From Octopus vulgaris (Eukaryota), in assembly GCA_951406725.2 (NCBI GenBank), contig OX597827.1, positions 71,982,001-72,046,000 of the forward strand: a DNA stretch of 64,000 nucleotides, read 5' to 3'. The position numbers and the translations under genes are program-made. Below, piece after piece: positions 22,921-37,072 of this stretch. The notes under the pieces are model-generated. The model was not told the origin of the DNA. It saw only the letters and a list, made by a program, of their open reading frames with translations, and made no database searches. Position 1 is the stretch's first letter; the number at the start of each line of letters is the position of its first letter.

Positions 22921-25129
22921 CTGAAAACAAGGCAGAGAAAAAGAAAACATTTCAAAAAAGAGAAGGAAAAATATGCTATAACCATCACCTGGTAACAATA
23001 AGATATTCTATTTTCAAACCTTAAGTACCAAATATTTTACTTCAGCAACAATTATCTTGGCCCCCTATCACACACACATTTGAATAATTTGAATTTAGTC
23101 AGAACCAGCTTAGTTGCAAAATGGTGAAATAAAATTACATTGCAGGGACCAAGATCGCAATCACTTTTCTTTTTATTAGAAATTAGAGTGAGACTAGCAG
23201 AAAAATCTATGTGCAAAGATAAATTGAAGGCCAACAAAGCAGTAGATTTATATATATATCCTCATCACCATCATTTAATGTCCATTTTCCATGCTAGCAT
23301 GGGTTGGACAGTTCAACCGGGGTCTGGAGGCTGCGCCAGGCTCCAGTCTGATCTGGCAGTGTTTCTACAGCTGGATGCCCTTCCTAACACCAACCACTCC
23401 GTGAGTGTAGTGGGTGCTTTTTACATGCCACAGGCACAGGGGCCAGAGGAGGCTGGCAACGACCACGATCGGCTGGTGCTTTTTATGTGCCACCGGCACG
23501 GAAGCCAGCCAAGGCAGCACTGGCATTTGCCATGTTCGGATGGTGCTTTTTACGTGCCACCGGCACTGGTATCACAACAACAATTTCCATTTGATTTTTA
23601 TTTTGATGTACTTGACTCAATAGGTCTCCTAGGTAGACTACAATTGATACATACATATACGGATTTAATTACGATAGAATTGTCCAATCTAAAACATATC
23701 TTAATACATTCGGAATATAAAGAGATAGAAATATAAAAATATATGAATGCTAAAACTATGCATGGGAGCATTCCTTGGAAGTGAACCGTAAGATTCACAT
23801 GTACTCTTTGAATATACTCTAGAAATGGTTGTCAGAATACTCTATTTCCTTTAAATATGGTACTAAAAACTCTTTTTAAACATCTATTACTCCCCCCATT
23901 CCATAATTTATTTTGTTTTTTTTTCATATTTCATTATTTTTATCTATACTCTATTATATTTATATATCTATATATTTATTTGTCCATGCATATTTTTAGC
24001 ATTCACACATTTATATATTTCTATATCTTTATATTCTGAATGTATTAATATGTGTTTTAGATTGGACAACTATCATAATTAAATCCATATATGTATGTAT
24101 CAATCGTAGTCTGCCTGATTTGAACCTCTTCTCTCTATCTCTCATACTTGTCTGGTGTCTCGGGTCTGACTCAAGCACTTCTATGCTTTCTATACTTTTC
24201 AAAAGAAAATTATAATTACACACACACACACACACGTGCTACTTGAACCACAAGTGGTGAGTCAAGAGAGTTTGGCAGTCGCTGGTTGATAGCTATACAA
24301 AATGAGCTTTTCACAAGATGATTCATAATCCATGCAATCAAATACAGTCAACATCATGACTGACTAATTTAATTACTTCAAGGTGATGAACCAACAAAAC
24401 TAGCTCTGCACGGTCACTGGAGCTGTTAGAAATAGCACAGATATTTCTTGCAAAGCCCAACCTGCTACCATCTTAGATAATGTAATTCTACATACATCTA
24501 AAATGATAGGATTGTCATGGTTGGAAGGTTTGTGTTATAAGTGTGCTCATTCAGTGTTGACCTGAGGTTCATTCGTAAAAACTACCAGGTTTAGCATGTA
24601 CTGTCATGCCCTTATCTGAATTACGTGAAGGCCATCGTCTTGTAACATTTCATGATGAATAGAATGCAGAGATACACAGCTACAAAAATTATCTTGGGTC
24701 TTGTCCGCCAGTGTCAGACAGGTCAATGGTGATAAATATCTACTAGAATGAACAGTTGTCTAGACAGAATTCAGAAAAGTCCAACTTATTAGCAAACCCT
24801 TTTTAATACCAAATTACCTCAGTCAGCTTCTAGGTCTATGCTACAAAACCAACTATTTTAAAGTAATATTCTTAGCCTTTTTGTTTTTATTTTCTGACAT
24901 TGCCATGTGATGTTTGAGTGCCACTGGGAGTCTGCTCAGTTGAAAGTATCCAGGCCAGCCTGCCCGCCCACTTTCTACCCTAGATCTCAGAAGCTTTGCT
25001 ATCAGAAACAAACTACAACTTTGCATCATAATTTTATGTAAGGACTTTTCATTTAGGTATGTTCTGAAAACCAGGTTAAAATACCAATCATTGACTTCTG
25101 TAAAATGATCCAACAAATATCAGCTTAAT

Positions 25130-25171
<42 letters not shown>

Positions 25172-25172
<1 letters not shown>

Positions 25173-25402
25173 TTTTTTATTGCCCACAAGGGGCTAAACA
25201 TAGAAGGGACAAACAAGGACAGACAAACAGATTAAGTCGATTACATCAACCCCAGTGCGAAACTGGTACTTTATTTATCGACCCCGAAAGGATGAAAGGC
25301 AAAGTCGGCCTCGTCGGAATTTGAACTCAGAACGTAACGACAGACGAAATACTGCTAAGCATTTCGCACAACGCGCTAACGTGTCTGCCAGCTCGCTGCC
25401 TT
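25172..25402 (-). mobile_element. Nin/Deu-like SINE in a (TA)n tract
   Basis: Homologous to 1869-2099. Confidence 0.88.
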
Positions 25403-25480
25403 TATATATATATATATATTTATACACACACACACATACATACAAACATTGACAAAAAAATAAGAGAAATGAAATCTTAC

Positions 25481-25591
25481 CTTTCGTTTAATGGCTTGAA
25501 AGCTTCAGGATTGACATGGGCAATTTTTATGTACCTATTCCTTTCTAGATTGCCTACTAACAAACGAATTTTTGACTCAATGTAACCATGC
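25481..25591 (-). CDS. PAPOLA: PAP exon, RNA-binding domain (HGYIESKIRLLVGNLERNRYIKIAHVNPEAFKPLNE)
   Basis: 111 nt, tcAG| ... AG|GTAAGA; ESKIR.LVG.LE motif. Confidence 0.95.
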
Positions 25592-26822
25592 CTGAAATGA
25601 AATCCAACAAGCTTTGCTAATTAAGCTAATTATGAACAGCTGAAAAACAAAAGCTGCATTTGGCAAACTAAATAAAAAGAAAAGATAATGATAAATTTCA
25701 TAGGAACTTTGAAATGAGGCAATAATTTTCCATATCTACTTCAGGTTAGTCTACTTAATGATATTATCATGAACATCTCTGAATTTTAACCTCCTGAAAA
25801 TTTTGTAAACAAAAATGCCTGCGATAAGATATAAAGATTTGAGAGCAAAATGAAGTTCAACGCAAAATGTACTTGGTCATAGTAATCATAATAAAATTAA
25901 TTCAGATTTTATATTTAATTGGCACAAGATAAATCTTTTGGGAAGGCCACTGAGAATGTACAATATACAGCACTGTATTTTTTTTCTAAGGCCATTTTCT
26001 GCAGTGAATGTAACAAAGGGGCCTCAACTAAGTTGCAAAAGATTATTTTTCAATCTCTTACAGATAGTGAAACTATATATAAACTACACTGATCTTACCC
26101 AAGCTGAGAAATTAGCAGAGTCCCCTTATTTAGTTCTTAGCCACTGCTATCTCCAATGCCAATTTGATGAAAAGGGCCATAAAGCTCCTCGTGTTAAATA
26201 TTCATCATCATCATCATTTAGCGTCCGCTTTCCATGCTAGCATGAGTTGGACAGTTCAACTGGGGTCTGGGAAGCCAGAAGGCTGCACCAGGCCCAGTCT
26301 GATCTGGCAATGTTTCTACGGCTGGATGCCCTTCCTAACGCCAACCACTCTGTGAGTGTAGTGAGTGCTTTTTACATGCTTTTTAAATATTTTTTTTTTT
26401 TTTTTTTATTTTACAAGTTTCAGTCATTGGATTCTTACCATACTGGAGCACTGTAAATATTCAGCTGCTGATAATCAATGCCAATGCTTATTTCATTGAT
26501 TATGGGAGAGAAAGGCCAAGCCGACTTGGGTGTAAAAGGACACAATAAAACAAGGCATGTTTGTTCCATGCTCTACCAAATCTTCCATCCAATACCAGCA
26601 TTTCCATCTCTCAAAATTCCAATAACATGTCTTTGATCAACCCAAGACACTTGCCAAACAGGCTGTGATTGAACCCAGAATGGCACAGACGCACAAAGCA
26701 AACCACAAATGAGCCCACCCACCCACAACCATCACAACCAAAGTATCTTGGCTGAAATACATCGAGAAGACAGGATAAAAATATAAAAGAATATAAAAAA
26801 ACCATGTAAAAGAATCCCTTAC

Positions 26823-26876
26823 CATTCTAAGTAATGCATGTCTGTTTCTGCTCGTGCTATAACAACAATGTAATGT
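26823..26876 (-). CDS. PAPOLA: PAP exon (RHYIVVIARAETDMHYLEW)
   Basis: 54 nt, tttcAG| ... TG|GTAAGG; homologous to KHYIVLLASAPTEKQRLEW. Confidence 0.94.
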
Positions 26877-27774
26877 CTGAAAGAAATCAAAAGAGAGATA
26901 AATGACATCAATGCCATGAAAAGACAGAATTCATTCATTCATAAATTAACATAATACATAAATATATAATTGACATATATGATTAGCATAATATATGGAT
27001 GCATAAAGATTAGGTCGGATAAGCTAGAAAGACAGGATATTCAAAGAAATAAGAAACGTTAGCAGCCCAGGCAAAACGCTTAGCGAGGATAACAAACACT
27101 GCAGTACTAGAAAAGTTGAAGTCCAAAGACACCGGTTGTTGAGAACTGAATCCACATAACTTTCACATTTTGGACACGAGTCACTGTCCAAGATTATTAT
27201 TTAACAAGAGGTGTTGAAAGGAAGAGAACAAGAAGATGTCAAAGACATTTGTGAACTGAAGAATTGATGACCTCAAAGAAGAGTTTGGCTGAATGCACAA
27301 AGCCCATAAGCAGAGGTGAGTAACTGATGCTAGCTTTTTTTCTTTAATAAAATTTGTGATCAAAACAACTGTCTTGGACTTCCTCTGAAAGGTCAGCAGA
27401 AAATAGTTTCAGGATGACATGCTCATCACACACCTAGCTTATTGATTAGACATCTTTCAAGAGATGAGTAAGTTAATTCATTTTTACAAGGAAACATTTC
27501 TTCCATTGTCAATATCCAAGATATGATGAATGCCTTGTTTCAACAAATGAATCTTTAGCAGAAGCCAGCCAACATCAAAAATATTGCTATGGTTACCAGG
27601 ATAGACCAATTTCTTCATAAGTTCAGGTGATAAACAATTGTGTAGAGTGGTAAATGTGAGAGGCCTGTCCAATGCATACCAACACGGAACAATGAATATA
27701 AAATGACAACAGTATCCTTGGCAACTTAATGAACAGTGAAACATAAACCCAACTTTGTTAGGAATGACTCCTAC

Positions 27775-27859
27775 CTGTATTTTTGAAAAAATGGTGCTGG
27801 TTCAAATAATTTACTCCAATCCTCTTTGTTTTCCAAGATTCGAGACACAACTTCCAAAC
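27775..27859 (-). CDS. PAPOLA: PAP exon (GLEVVSRILENKEDWSKLFEPAPFFQKY)
   Basis: 85 nt, tcAG| ... AG|GTAGGA. Confidence 0.95.
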
Positions 27860-28414
27860 CTGAGAAATATTTAATTAGAAATTAATTTTTTGAAATTTTT
27901 GCTTGTATCTGTAAATTTTCATCAAAACAGATGTAACTTATAGATAAATTGAAATATATTTATGGATAATCATTAACTGTAAAATTAAAACAATAGAGAT
28001 AAAGGAATATATATATATTTCCAATTCTAAGAAAAGAAAAAACTTCTAGGATATTTCAAATTATGCCATTATTTTCAAGATGGGGTGCACACTGCACTGG
28101 TAGGGTATATTAATTTGGTAGGGGATGAGTTACTTCAGAATAAATATAAAAAGTACATCATCAACTTAACAATAGTGCTTTGTTTTAAGAAGGAGCAGAG
28201 TTTACAACCAAATTTTTTTTTAAATACTACAGTAATTCTTTGAAAATGATAAATGAATGAGGCTTTAAACAAGCTTCATCCTTTAACATACAAGCATTCC
28301 AGTAACATACAATGGTTAACAACAATTCCTTCAGCTTCTATAAAACCCCTCGTGGAATCTTAACATTCTTTTGAAATAAGGAATCACAATCAAAGAAATG
28401 CTTAGAGAGATTCA

Positions 28415-28573
<159 letters not shown>

Positions 28574-29438
28574 TTACATTGTATATTGTAAAGAACATTG
28601 TAAAAAGTAATTAATTGCTTGAGATATTTGAGTAGTCTGTCATACTTTAAACCTTTCATCACATGGCAAAACCAAAGCCCCCGATGCTATCCCCAACTCA
28701 GTTGAAAAGTCTTGAGTTATTTGGTTGTCACATTAGTGCCAGTGCCATACAAAAAGCACCCAGTGTGCCCACCCGATGAAGTAGTTGACATTAGGAAGGT
28801 GATCCAGCCAAAGAAACCGTGCCAAAGCACACAATGGAGCTTGGCACAATCCTCTGGATCATTAGTTCCTGTCAAGTGATCTAACCCAGGCCAGAATGGA
28901 ACATATATGACAATTAAGTCTATCCCCACAAATGGGTCATTGCAGGATTTGAGCTCAGATCACAAAGAGTTGGGACAAATGTAAACAAGGTATCCTGTCC
29001 AATGTTCTAACACTTCCACCACTGTACTGCCCAGGATTAGCATTTTTCTTTTTCTTTTTTTAAATTTAACTTTGAAGGGATTTGGACTCAGAGTAGAGAG
29101 TCAGAACACTACAAGGCATTTTGTCTGATGCTCCAATGACTAATTTTTCTGAGAAATAACTAGGATTTATCACAAATTGTACATATACAATCTACCAAAT
29201 TGACTCTTATGGCTGTGATCAGTCTGGGGGTATAGTAGACACTTGTCCAAGGAGGTGAAGCGGGATTGAACCAAAGACCAAGTAATTGAGAAACCGGTTT
29301 CTTAACCACACGGCCACATTATGTCATGCACCAAGTCTAACAATGAAGACATCAATGTTAAACACATACAAAATATTAATATTACTTGATGAAAAGGTTT
29401 ACATTATTAAAACAAACAATAGTAGATTTGCTACTCAC

Positions 29439-29514
29439 CCTTGGGTCCCAAACAGTGAAACCCAGTTTGTTTTCTGGTTCCAAATGTTTCAATAGTACAG
29501 GTTGAGGCCAACTC
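29439..29514 (-). CDS. PAPOLA: PAP exon (SWPQPVLLKHLEPENKLGFTVWDPR)
   Basis: 76 nt, ccAG|G AGT TGG ... AGG|GTGAGT. Confidence 0.96.
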
Positions 29515-30379
29515 CTGGAAACAAAGTCATTTTTACTGATTACTAATGATCGGTGGAGACAAAATGTAAAAATCCAAACAAAGAAAATGTGAAAATTACA
29601 AATTGTTGATTTATGAGAGGAAGAACAGATTCCTTTTTGATTAGAACCCAAACACTGCAGGGTTTAAAAAACAATGTGAAATCCATACACAAAGGTACTG
29701 CTACCTTTTGTGACCATATTACTAATAAAATACATTACATTTCAATTATCAAGATCAATAAATAACTCTAAGGGAATTACTAAATAAAATTACTAACTTT
29801 TTACATTATTAAACTAGCATTGGAATTTCAGTTTTTCTCATAAAATTACAACAAAAGACTTTAATTAGGTATAAAATTAAGCAGGCTGGTATCTAAAGGG
29901 TTGTTTAAGTGAAATAGCTTTACCCAAATACAGAACCTTGTTCATTGGAAGTATATCTTTTACTTCAGATCTACTGAGAACTTATTATATATGCATCATT
30001 CTATGACACAAAAGAAATTCATTTTCTTTTAAATACTGAAAAAGCACAATATAAAATATAGTATTTAATTCTCATTCTTAGAGTAAAAACTTGAAATTCC
30101 AGCTCTCTTTATCATGGCTGCCAAAGTAATGTGGGGTGGAGATGAGATAATCAGAGACCAAACAGAGCATTGTGGTCTTGCGAACTAAATGGCAACCTCA
30201 TTAATGTTGGTGGAATATAAAAAGCACCCAGTACTCATTGTAAAGTGGTTGGCATTAGGAAGGGCATCCAGCTACAGAAGCGATGCCAAAGCAGACACTG
30301 GAGCACAATGCAGATCAGAGTCAAACTCTTTAACCCACACCAGCATGGATATAGGCATTAAATGATGAAAGAAAATTCA

Positions 30380-30658
<279 letters not shown>

Positions 30659-30673
30659 TTAAAACAATATATA

Positions 30674-30905
30674 TTTCCTTATTACCCACAAGGGGCTAAA
30701 CATAGAGGGGACAAACAAGGACAGACAAAACGGATTAAGTCGATTACATTGACCCCAGTGCGTAACTGGTACTTAATTTATCAACCCCGAAAGGATGAAA
30801 GGCAAAGTCGACCTCGGCGGAATTTGAACCCAGAACGTAACGGCAGACGAAATACGGCTACGCATTTCGCCCGGCGTGCTAACGTTTCTGCCAGCTCGCC
30901 ACCTT
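30674..30905 (-). mobile_element. Nin/Deu-like SINE, young and CpG-rich
   Basis: Full length; lies inside the 17-bp TSD atgattaaaacaatata (30655-30671, 30967-30983) together with a 5' extension. Confidence 0.9.
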
Positions 30906-30909
30906 ATTT

Positions 30910-30966
30910 TTAGTTCACGCGGATAGCCGTGCTCTTCATCGACGGACGAGCTGAGTGATACCCCGT
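30910..30966 (-). pseudogene. 5.8S rRNA 5' fragment fused to the SINE 5' end
   Basis: Minus strand reads ACGGGGTATCACTCAGCTCGTCCGTCGATGAAGAGCACGGCTATCCGCGTGAACTAA, collinear without gaps with metazoan 5.8S GCGGTGGATCACTCGGCTCGTGCGTCGATGAAGAGCGCAGCCAGCTGCGTGAACTAA (recalled). Confidence 0.8.
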
Positions 30967-31020
30967 ATGATTAAAACAATATAAACATGGAAATGCTGAC
31001 AGCAATGACGATATGACAAG

Positions 31021-31227
31021 GGATGCCGAAAAGTTCCTGGCTTTAAGGGTATCGCAAAAGAACTGGTTGAAGGCCCAACCTTCTGGGTTCTTTTACATGG
31101 CTTAGAAAAACAAGGATCACTGCAATAAGTGTGTGAATCTGAGAGTGGGATATGTTGGATAGAATCATAATTAACTGATCCTCCTGTATTTTCTTTTACC
31201 CAAAGCCAGGGACTTTGCAGTACCCCC
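31021..31227. mobile_element. Tc1/mariner-type MITE
   Basis: Imperfect TIRs ggatgccgaaaagttcctggcttt / aaagccagggactttgcagtacccc. Confidence 0.65.
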
Positions 31228-31494
31228 TCATAATTTGCAATGAATAGATGGTCAGTTGTTTATCTTTTATCTGCTTCAGTCATTACACTATGGCCATGCT
31301 GGGGCACCACACTGAAAAATTTTAGTCAAATGAATCAACCCCAGTGCTTCTTTCTTTTTAAAAGCCTGGTGTACTTATTCTATAACCTTTTGCCAAACCG
31401 CTAAGGTACAAGAATGTAAACACACCGACACCGGTTATCAAATGGTGGTGATGGGACAAACACACACAATTTTCTATCAGTTTCCACACATTTA

Positions 31495-31662
<168 letters not shown>

Positions 31663-31709
31663 TTAAATATGTAAACATTTTAAATTAGTAAACAGCAACA
31701 ATAATCAAA

Positions 31710-32106
31710 TCTCTCTATATATATAAAGCTGAAGTTGTCTGTGTATGGCAGGTTTGGTAGCCTTCAACTAATACTATCTCCTCCGAGACCCTGCGGCGCA
31801 AGTTGACCAAAATTGAGAGTATGATAGAAGAAGGCTGGCTCTTCCTTCCGTAGAAGAAAAAATTCAAATCAGACCATGTTAACACCAAAAATTATTTACA
31901 TCAAAAAGGTGCTTTTTTTTTTCTATGAAAATCCCTATTTTTTATGATTTTTTTACTGCTGTGTCGCCATTTTCCGGTGTATTTCAACCAGAAAAATGTT
32001 CACTTAAAGAGAATAACAAGCTACATAATGCAAAATTTTTACTTTTCAAAAATTCCAATTCTAAAGGGTCGAAACAAACCTGAGCAATGCCGAGCGATGC
32101 TGCTAG
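31710..32106 (+). mobile_element. Non-autonomous Helitron
   Basis: A|TC 5' end (tctctctatatatataaag), subterminal hairpin-like cctgagcaatgccgagcg, CTAG|T 3' end. Confidence 0.8.
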
Positions 32107-32968
32107 TTTACAAATATAGTTATTCCGATAATTAATGTAGAGTGACCACTGAAGCATAAAAGAGAAAGAGACAGCAAAACTAATATGATTATAGCGACAT
32201 ACTGAAGCGAAACTCATTCAGATAAATCAAACAATCTGCTGTATCCCACAATTTTTGTTTAGGTTTAGAAGACCAATAGCAACAAAAATAAAATTTTGAA
32301 TCAGTAGGTGCACTCCATAGTAACAAGTGAGTTTAAACAATATACAGAGTTGGAAATATTGAAATAACTGCAAGTCAAACTGATAATGCAGATAAATTCA
32401 CACAACACGTAAAAATCACCAGCCTCGCCTGGCCCCCGTGCCGGTGGCACGTAAAAGCACCATCCATTCGTGGCCGTTTGCCAGCTCCATCTGGCACCTG
32501 TGCGGGTGGCACGTAAAAAGCACCCACTATACTCACGGAGTGGTTGGCGTTAGGAAGGGCATCCAGCCATAGAAACACTGCCAGATGAGACTGGGCCTGA
32601 TGCAGCCTTCCGGCTTCACAGACCCCAGTTGAACTGTCCAACCCATGCTAGCTTGGAAAGTGGACGCTAAATGATGATGATGATGATGATCGTGGACGTT
32701 GCCAGCCTCCTCTGGCCCCTGTGCCGGTGGCATGTAAAAAGCACCCACTACACTCACAGAGTGGTTGGCATTAGGAAGGGCATCCAGCTGTAGAAACACT
32801 GCCAGATCAGACTGGTGCCTGGTGCAGCCTCCTGGCTTCCCAGGCCCCAGTCGAACCGTCCAACCCATGCTTGCATGGAAAAAGGACGTTAAACGATGAT
32901 GATGATGATGCTGATATGAAGACAGGCAGGCACAACAAGGAAAACACGACATAATATGAACGATGTTA

Positions 32969-33091
<123 letters not shown>

Positions 33092-34421
33092 CTAGAAGAG
33101 GAAAAAATAAAATTGCTTTAAAAATGGTGAATAAAATTGACAGTCATTTATCTTCACAAACCAAACCAGAACTGAAAAAAACTGATGGGTCATGGGTTTA
33201 AGTATTGTGACATTTTGAGCTCAGTGATGACATGGCATGGGTTTTGGCCACCCACTGCTTTAAACACCCCTTTAGCATTCAAACCAGCCATATCAGGCCA
33301 AAATATTTAACCTGTTTTATATTGAAACTGACCAGCTCTCGCCTCTCACCTCAGCCCTACCATGTCATTCTAAAACTAGAAAAATCACATCACTGAAATC
33401 TCTAAACTACAATATAATGCATGACTAATTCAAAACAATGTGAATAAATAAGCCTCACATTTGACAGAATAATCTGAACACTAAAGGGTTAAACACCCCT
33501 TTAACTACAGCAAACATACATACAGAGTGACCCTGTGCAGTCTACGTACCCTATGCTACACCACTTCTTTACCCCACTTTAAAAATTAAGAGAGTACAGA
33601 TCAATGCTGACTGAACAGACCTGTAAGTAAATACTTTCCAGTCATGACCCTCCTGTCTTTTTGAGAGTATCAAAGGCTGCATTAGCTGTAATGACATTAC
33701 TTGTTAAAGGTTATAGAATGTAATCTAAGAGGAGGGAGTTTGGCTGCTATTTCAAACATCCAAATAGTGGTGAAATCATTTGCATTTTTTTTTTCCCACC
33801 TACTAAACTTTGAATAAGAGTGGATTTTGATCATTTTACCAACATAAATTTATATCAACAAGGATTTCCACTATAGGAAATTGCGTTATAGGAGAAAAAA
33901 CACATTTAAAAATAAAACAATGAAAACCTAATGAGAATATTCAAAATACATTTCATCTCTAAAGATGAGGTCAACAGCCTGAATAATTATTATTTAATTA
34001 TCATGAGATTATTCTATTTCTGCAACAGAAATATATTCAGATCATTACCAGTGACGCTTTACTGGCACTTGTGGTGGTGTCACAAAAAAAAAAATTTGAG
34101 CGAGGTCTTTGCCAGTGCTGCTGGACTGGCTCCTGTGCAGGTGGCACGTTAAAAACAACATTTAAGTGTGGCCGTTGCCAGTACCGTCTGACTGACCCTC
34201 ATGCCGGTGGCACGTAAAAGCACCCACTACACTCTCGGAGTGGTTGGCATTAGGAAGGGCATCCAGCTGTAGAAACTCTGCCAGAACAGATTGGAGCCTG
34301 GTGCAACCATCTAGTTCGCCAGTCCTCAGTAAAATTGTCCAACCCATGCTAGCATGGAAAGCGGACGTTAAACGATGATGATAATGATGATGATGATTTA
34401 CAATAGAATGTTTATACAAAC

Positions 34422-34475
34422 CTCAATTCCATCAAATACCATTTTTAAAACAGGAACATATGCTTCCTCCACAGC
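34422..34475 (-). CDS. PAPOLA: PAP exon (AVEEAYVPVLKMVFDGIE)
   Basis: 54 nt, ttAG| ... GAG|GTTTGT; homologous to AVEEAFVPVIKLCFDGIE. Confidence 0.95.
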
Positions 34476-35418
34476 CTAATAAAGACAAAAAAAAAGGTAT
34501 TCAATGAAGCATGAAACATAGATGAAATAAGGAGATCAATAGAGAAAATATGGTAAATCATTTACTAACAATAGGACAATTAATTACAACTTGCCCTATC
34601 AAAATTAGATGTCACATCTAAATTTTCATGTCTGTCTTGGGATTGAAATTTTTTCATATTATTATAATCAGGAGTCCAGATTTATTCCTCCAGTCTTGAC
34701 CATCAGAGAGTCACAGGTCACATATAGGTCTGTCAGTAAACAGGGCAGCCTTTCAAGGCCTTATTCCCAATGCCAGTGGGTTTCTTTGTCTACATTCTCA
34801 GAAGAGTAGCATTATACAAGGGAGGGATATAAGGTGAAAGGTACATATGTTTGGAGCTGATGCTAGTCAAAGAAGACAAATAGTTACACACCACCAGTCT
34901 CACAACTCTAGTAGGTCATGATACTAAAATGCTATTGGTTTAGGTTATGCTTAGTCCACATTATTCTGTAAGGAACATAGGACTAGTTTTCTGGTTTCTC
35001 TAGCGTATATATTCCCCCTGGATGGGACACCAGTTCCTCGCAGGATTACTCATTTTGCCTGCTGAATGGACTGGAGCAGTGTGAAATGAAGTGTTTTGCT
35101 CAAGAACACAACACAACCCAGTCCAGGAATTGAAACCACAATCATACAATTATGAGTCCAACACTCTAACCAGTAAGCCACATGCCTCCACACAAAAATA
35201 CCAACACCTAAAAATAGTTTAATTTCTTTTTAAATTTAACAGTGGACTGACATGATTAATACTGATTCATGATTAATTTGTAACCAATTAAATTAAATTG
35301 AAAACAAATACGATAAGGGAGGGTTAGTGGATTAGCTTAGTACATGCAAAGTAGTACTGAACTACTGAAACTTTTAAAAGCTGACATTCAGTATGCTGTG
35401 TGTTTTCTGAGAGCTTAC

Positions 35419-35528
35419 CCTTAATTCCTTGACCTCACTTTGCTGTTTAAGAAGTTCTCCAAACGAGGTGAAGAAGTCGGATCTCTCAATATGTCTGGGT
35501 GCTATACATAAGGTATCAATATCAGCAC
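35419..35528 (-). CDS. PAPOLA: PAP exon with catalytic DxD (GADIDTLCIAPRHIERSDFFTSFGELLKQQSEVKELR)
   Basis: 110 nt, tttcAG| ... AGG|GTAAGC; ADID catalytic aspartates intact. Confidence 0.97.
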
Positions 35529-36021
35529 CTGAAAGACAAACAACAATATTATTACTGAAAAGCAACAAGTCTCCATTTCAATAAACAAAAGAATTTTTTT
35601 TAAAAAAAAGAAGAAAAAAGAGTGTATAACGTATTTAAAGACAAGTAAGATGCATCTATTTTTTTTTTTTCTAACCCCTAAAAAATGTTTCAAAAGAGAA
35701 AATCACTTTGGGACCTACACATGAACTTGGACCTCCATAAGCTAATTTTGTTCCTGTCTCCCACTGCTATAGGCTAATTTTTGATCAGAATGATCTCTTC
35801 TATCTAGTCCGACATCATCATCATCATCATCATTTAAGATCTGTTTTCCATGCTGGCAAGCCAAAGGACTGCACCAAGCTCCACTCATCTGTTTTGGCAA
35901 GGTACCTACGGCTAGATGTTCTTCCTAACACCCACCACTTTACAGAGTGTACTGGGTACTTTTTACATGGTGCCAGTACAGATGCTTTGTACGTAGCACC
36001 ATGATGATAATATTCAAACAT

Positions 36022-36323
36022 TATAACCTCCGCCTTAGCAAAGGCAGACGTATTGTTTGTGGACAAGATATTTCAAGAACCACTGGATGGGTTCGGATGA
36101 AACTTTCAGGTATGTTTGGCCTCATGACTGGCACAAACTGATTAGATTTTGGGATCAATCTGGTACCAGACAAGGATTCTAGATTATATGTCAGGTTTTT
36201 AAAATTTTTGAGAGTGGTCGGGTTCATTTTTAGTATTCTCATTTTAAAAATCATCTCCAGTTGAGTGTTGAGAGGACGTTGGTGTTGCCTTGGTGGAGGT
36301 TTGCACTCTCAGAGTGCTCTTGT
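36022..36323. mobile_element. Helentron/HINE-like non-autonomous element
   Basis: Subterminal inverted repeats acctccgcc / ggtggaggt plus terminal stem gcactctcagagtgc; second copy inverted at about 47210-47577. Confidence 0.6.
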
Positions 36324-36374
36324 TACTGCTTGTAATATAATGCTTTCTAATGTATTGCTAGATTGCTTTACATA

Positions 36375-36810
36375 TTCTTTTCTACTCTAGGCACAAGGCC
36401 CGAAATTTTGGGGGAGGGCACCAGTCGATTAGATCAACCTCAGTGCACAACTGGCACTTAATTTATTGACCTCCAAAAGAATGAAAGGCAAAGTTGACCT
36501 CAGCAGAATTTGAACTCAGAACGTAAAGACAGATGAAATACCGCTAAGCATTTCGCCCGGCATGCTAACGTTTCTCATTTCTTTACTGCCCACAATGGGC
36601 TACACACACAGAGGGGACAAACAAGGACAGACAAACTGATTAAGTCGATTATATCGACCCCAGTGTGTAACTGGTACTTATTTAATCGACCCCAAAAAGA
36701 TGAGAGGCAATGTCAACCTCGGCGGAATTTGAACTCAGAACATAGCGGCAGACGAAATACCGCTAAGCATTTCGCCTGGCATGCTAACGTTTCTGCCAGC
36801 TCACTGCCTT
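36375..36810 (-). mobile_element. Two adjacent or nested Nin/Deu-like SINEs
   Basis: Two cores and two heads in tandem. Confidence 0.8.
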
Positions 36811-36987
36811 CACACACACACACACACATTCTGTGAATTACTTCAGTCATAATCTTCTCATCTAAAAAGTTCTTTAGGAAGTTGCCATCCTTTCACCATG
36901 GACATAAAAGACATTTTCTTTTTTCACTGAATATTGATATCAACATGGAATTCTAGAGAGAGAGACACACACAGACAAAGAAATTAC

Positions 36988-37072
36988 CTTTAGTGTGGAC
37001 TCCCAATCTATATGACCCAAAGGTGAAAACCTTTCCACCAAAAGTGGCAATTCGGTTCTCCGGAATGTTATT
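36988..37072 (-). CDS. PAPOLA: PAP exon with the nucleotidyltransferase GS motif (NNIPENRIATFGGKVFTFGSYRLGVHTK)
   Basis: 85 nt, ttttcAG| ... G|GTAATT; FTFGSYRLGVHTK is the PAP signature. Confidence 0.97.

Noticed and set aside
27393-27432. Box C (GTGATGA) and box D (CTGA) on the minus strand in a PAP intron
   Set aside because: Only about 40 nt apart, too short for a C/D snoRNA, and no recognisable guide.
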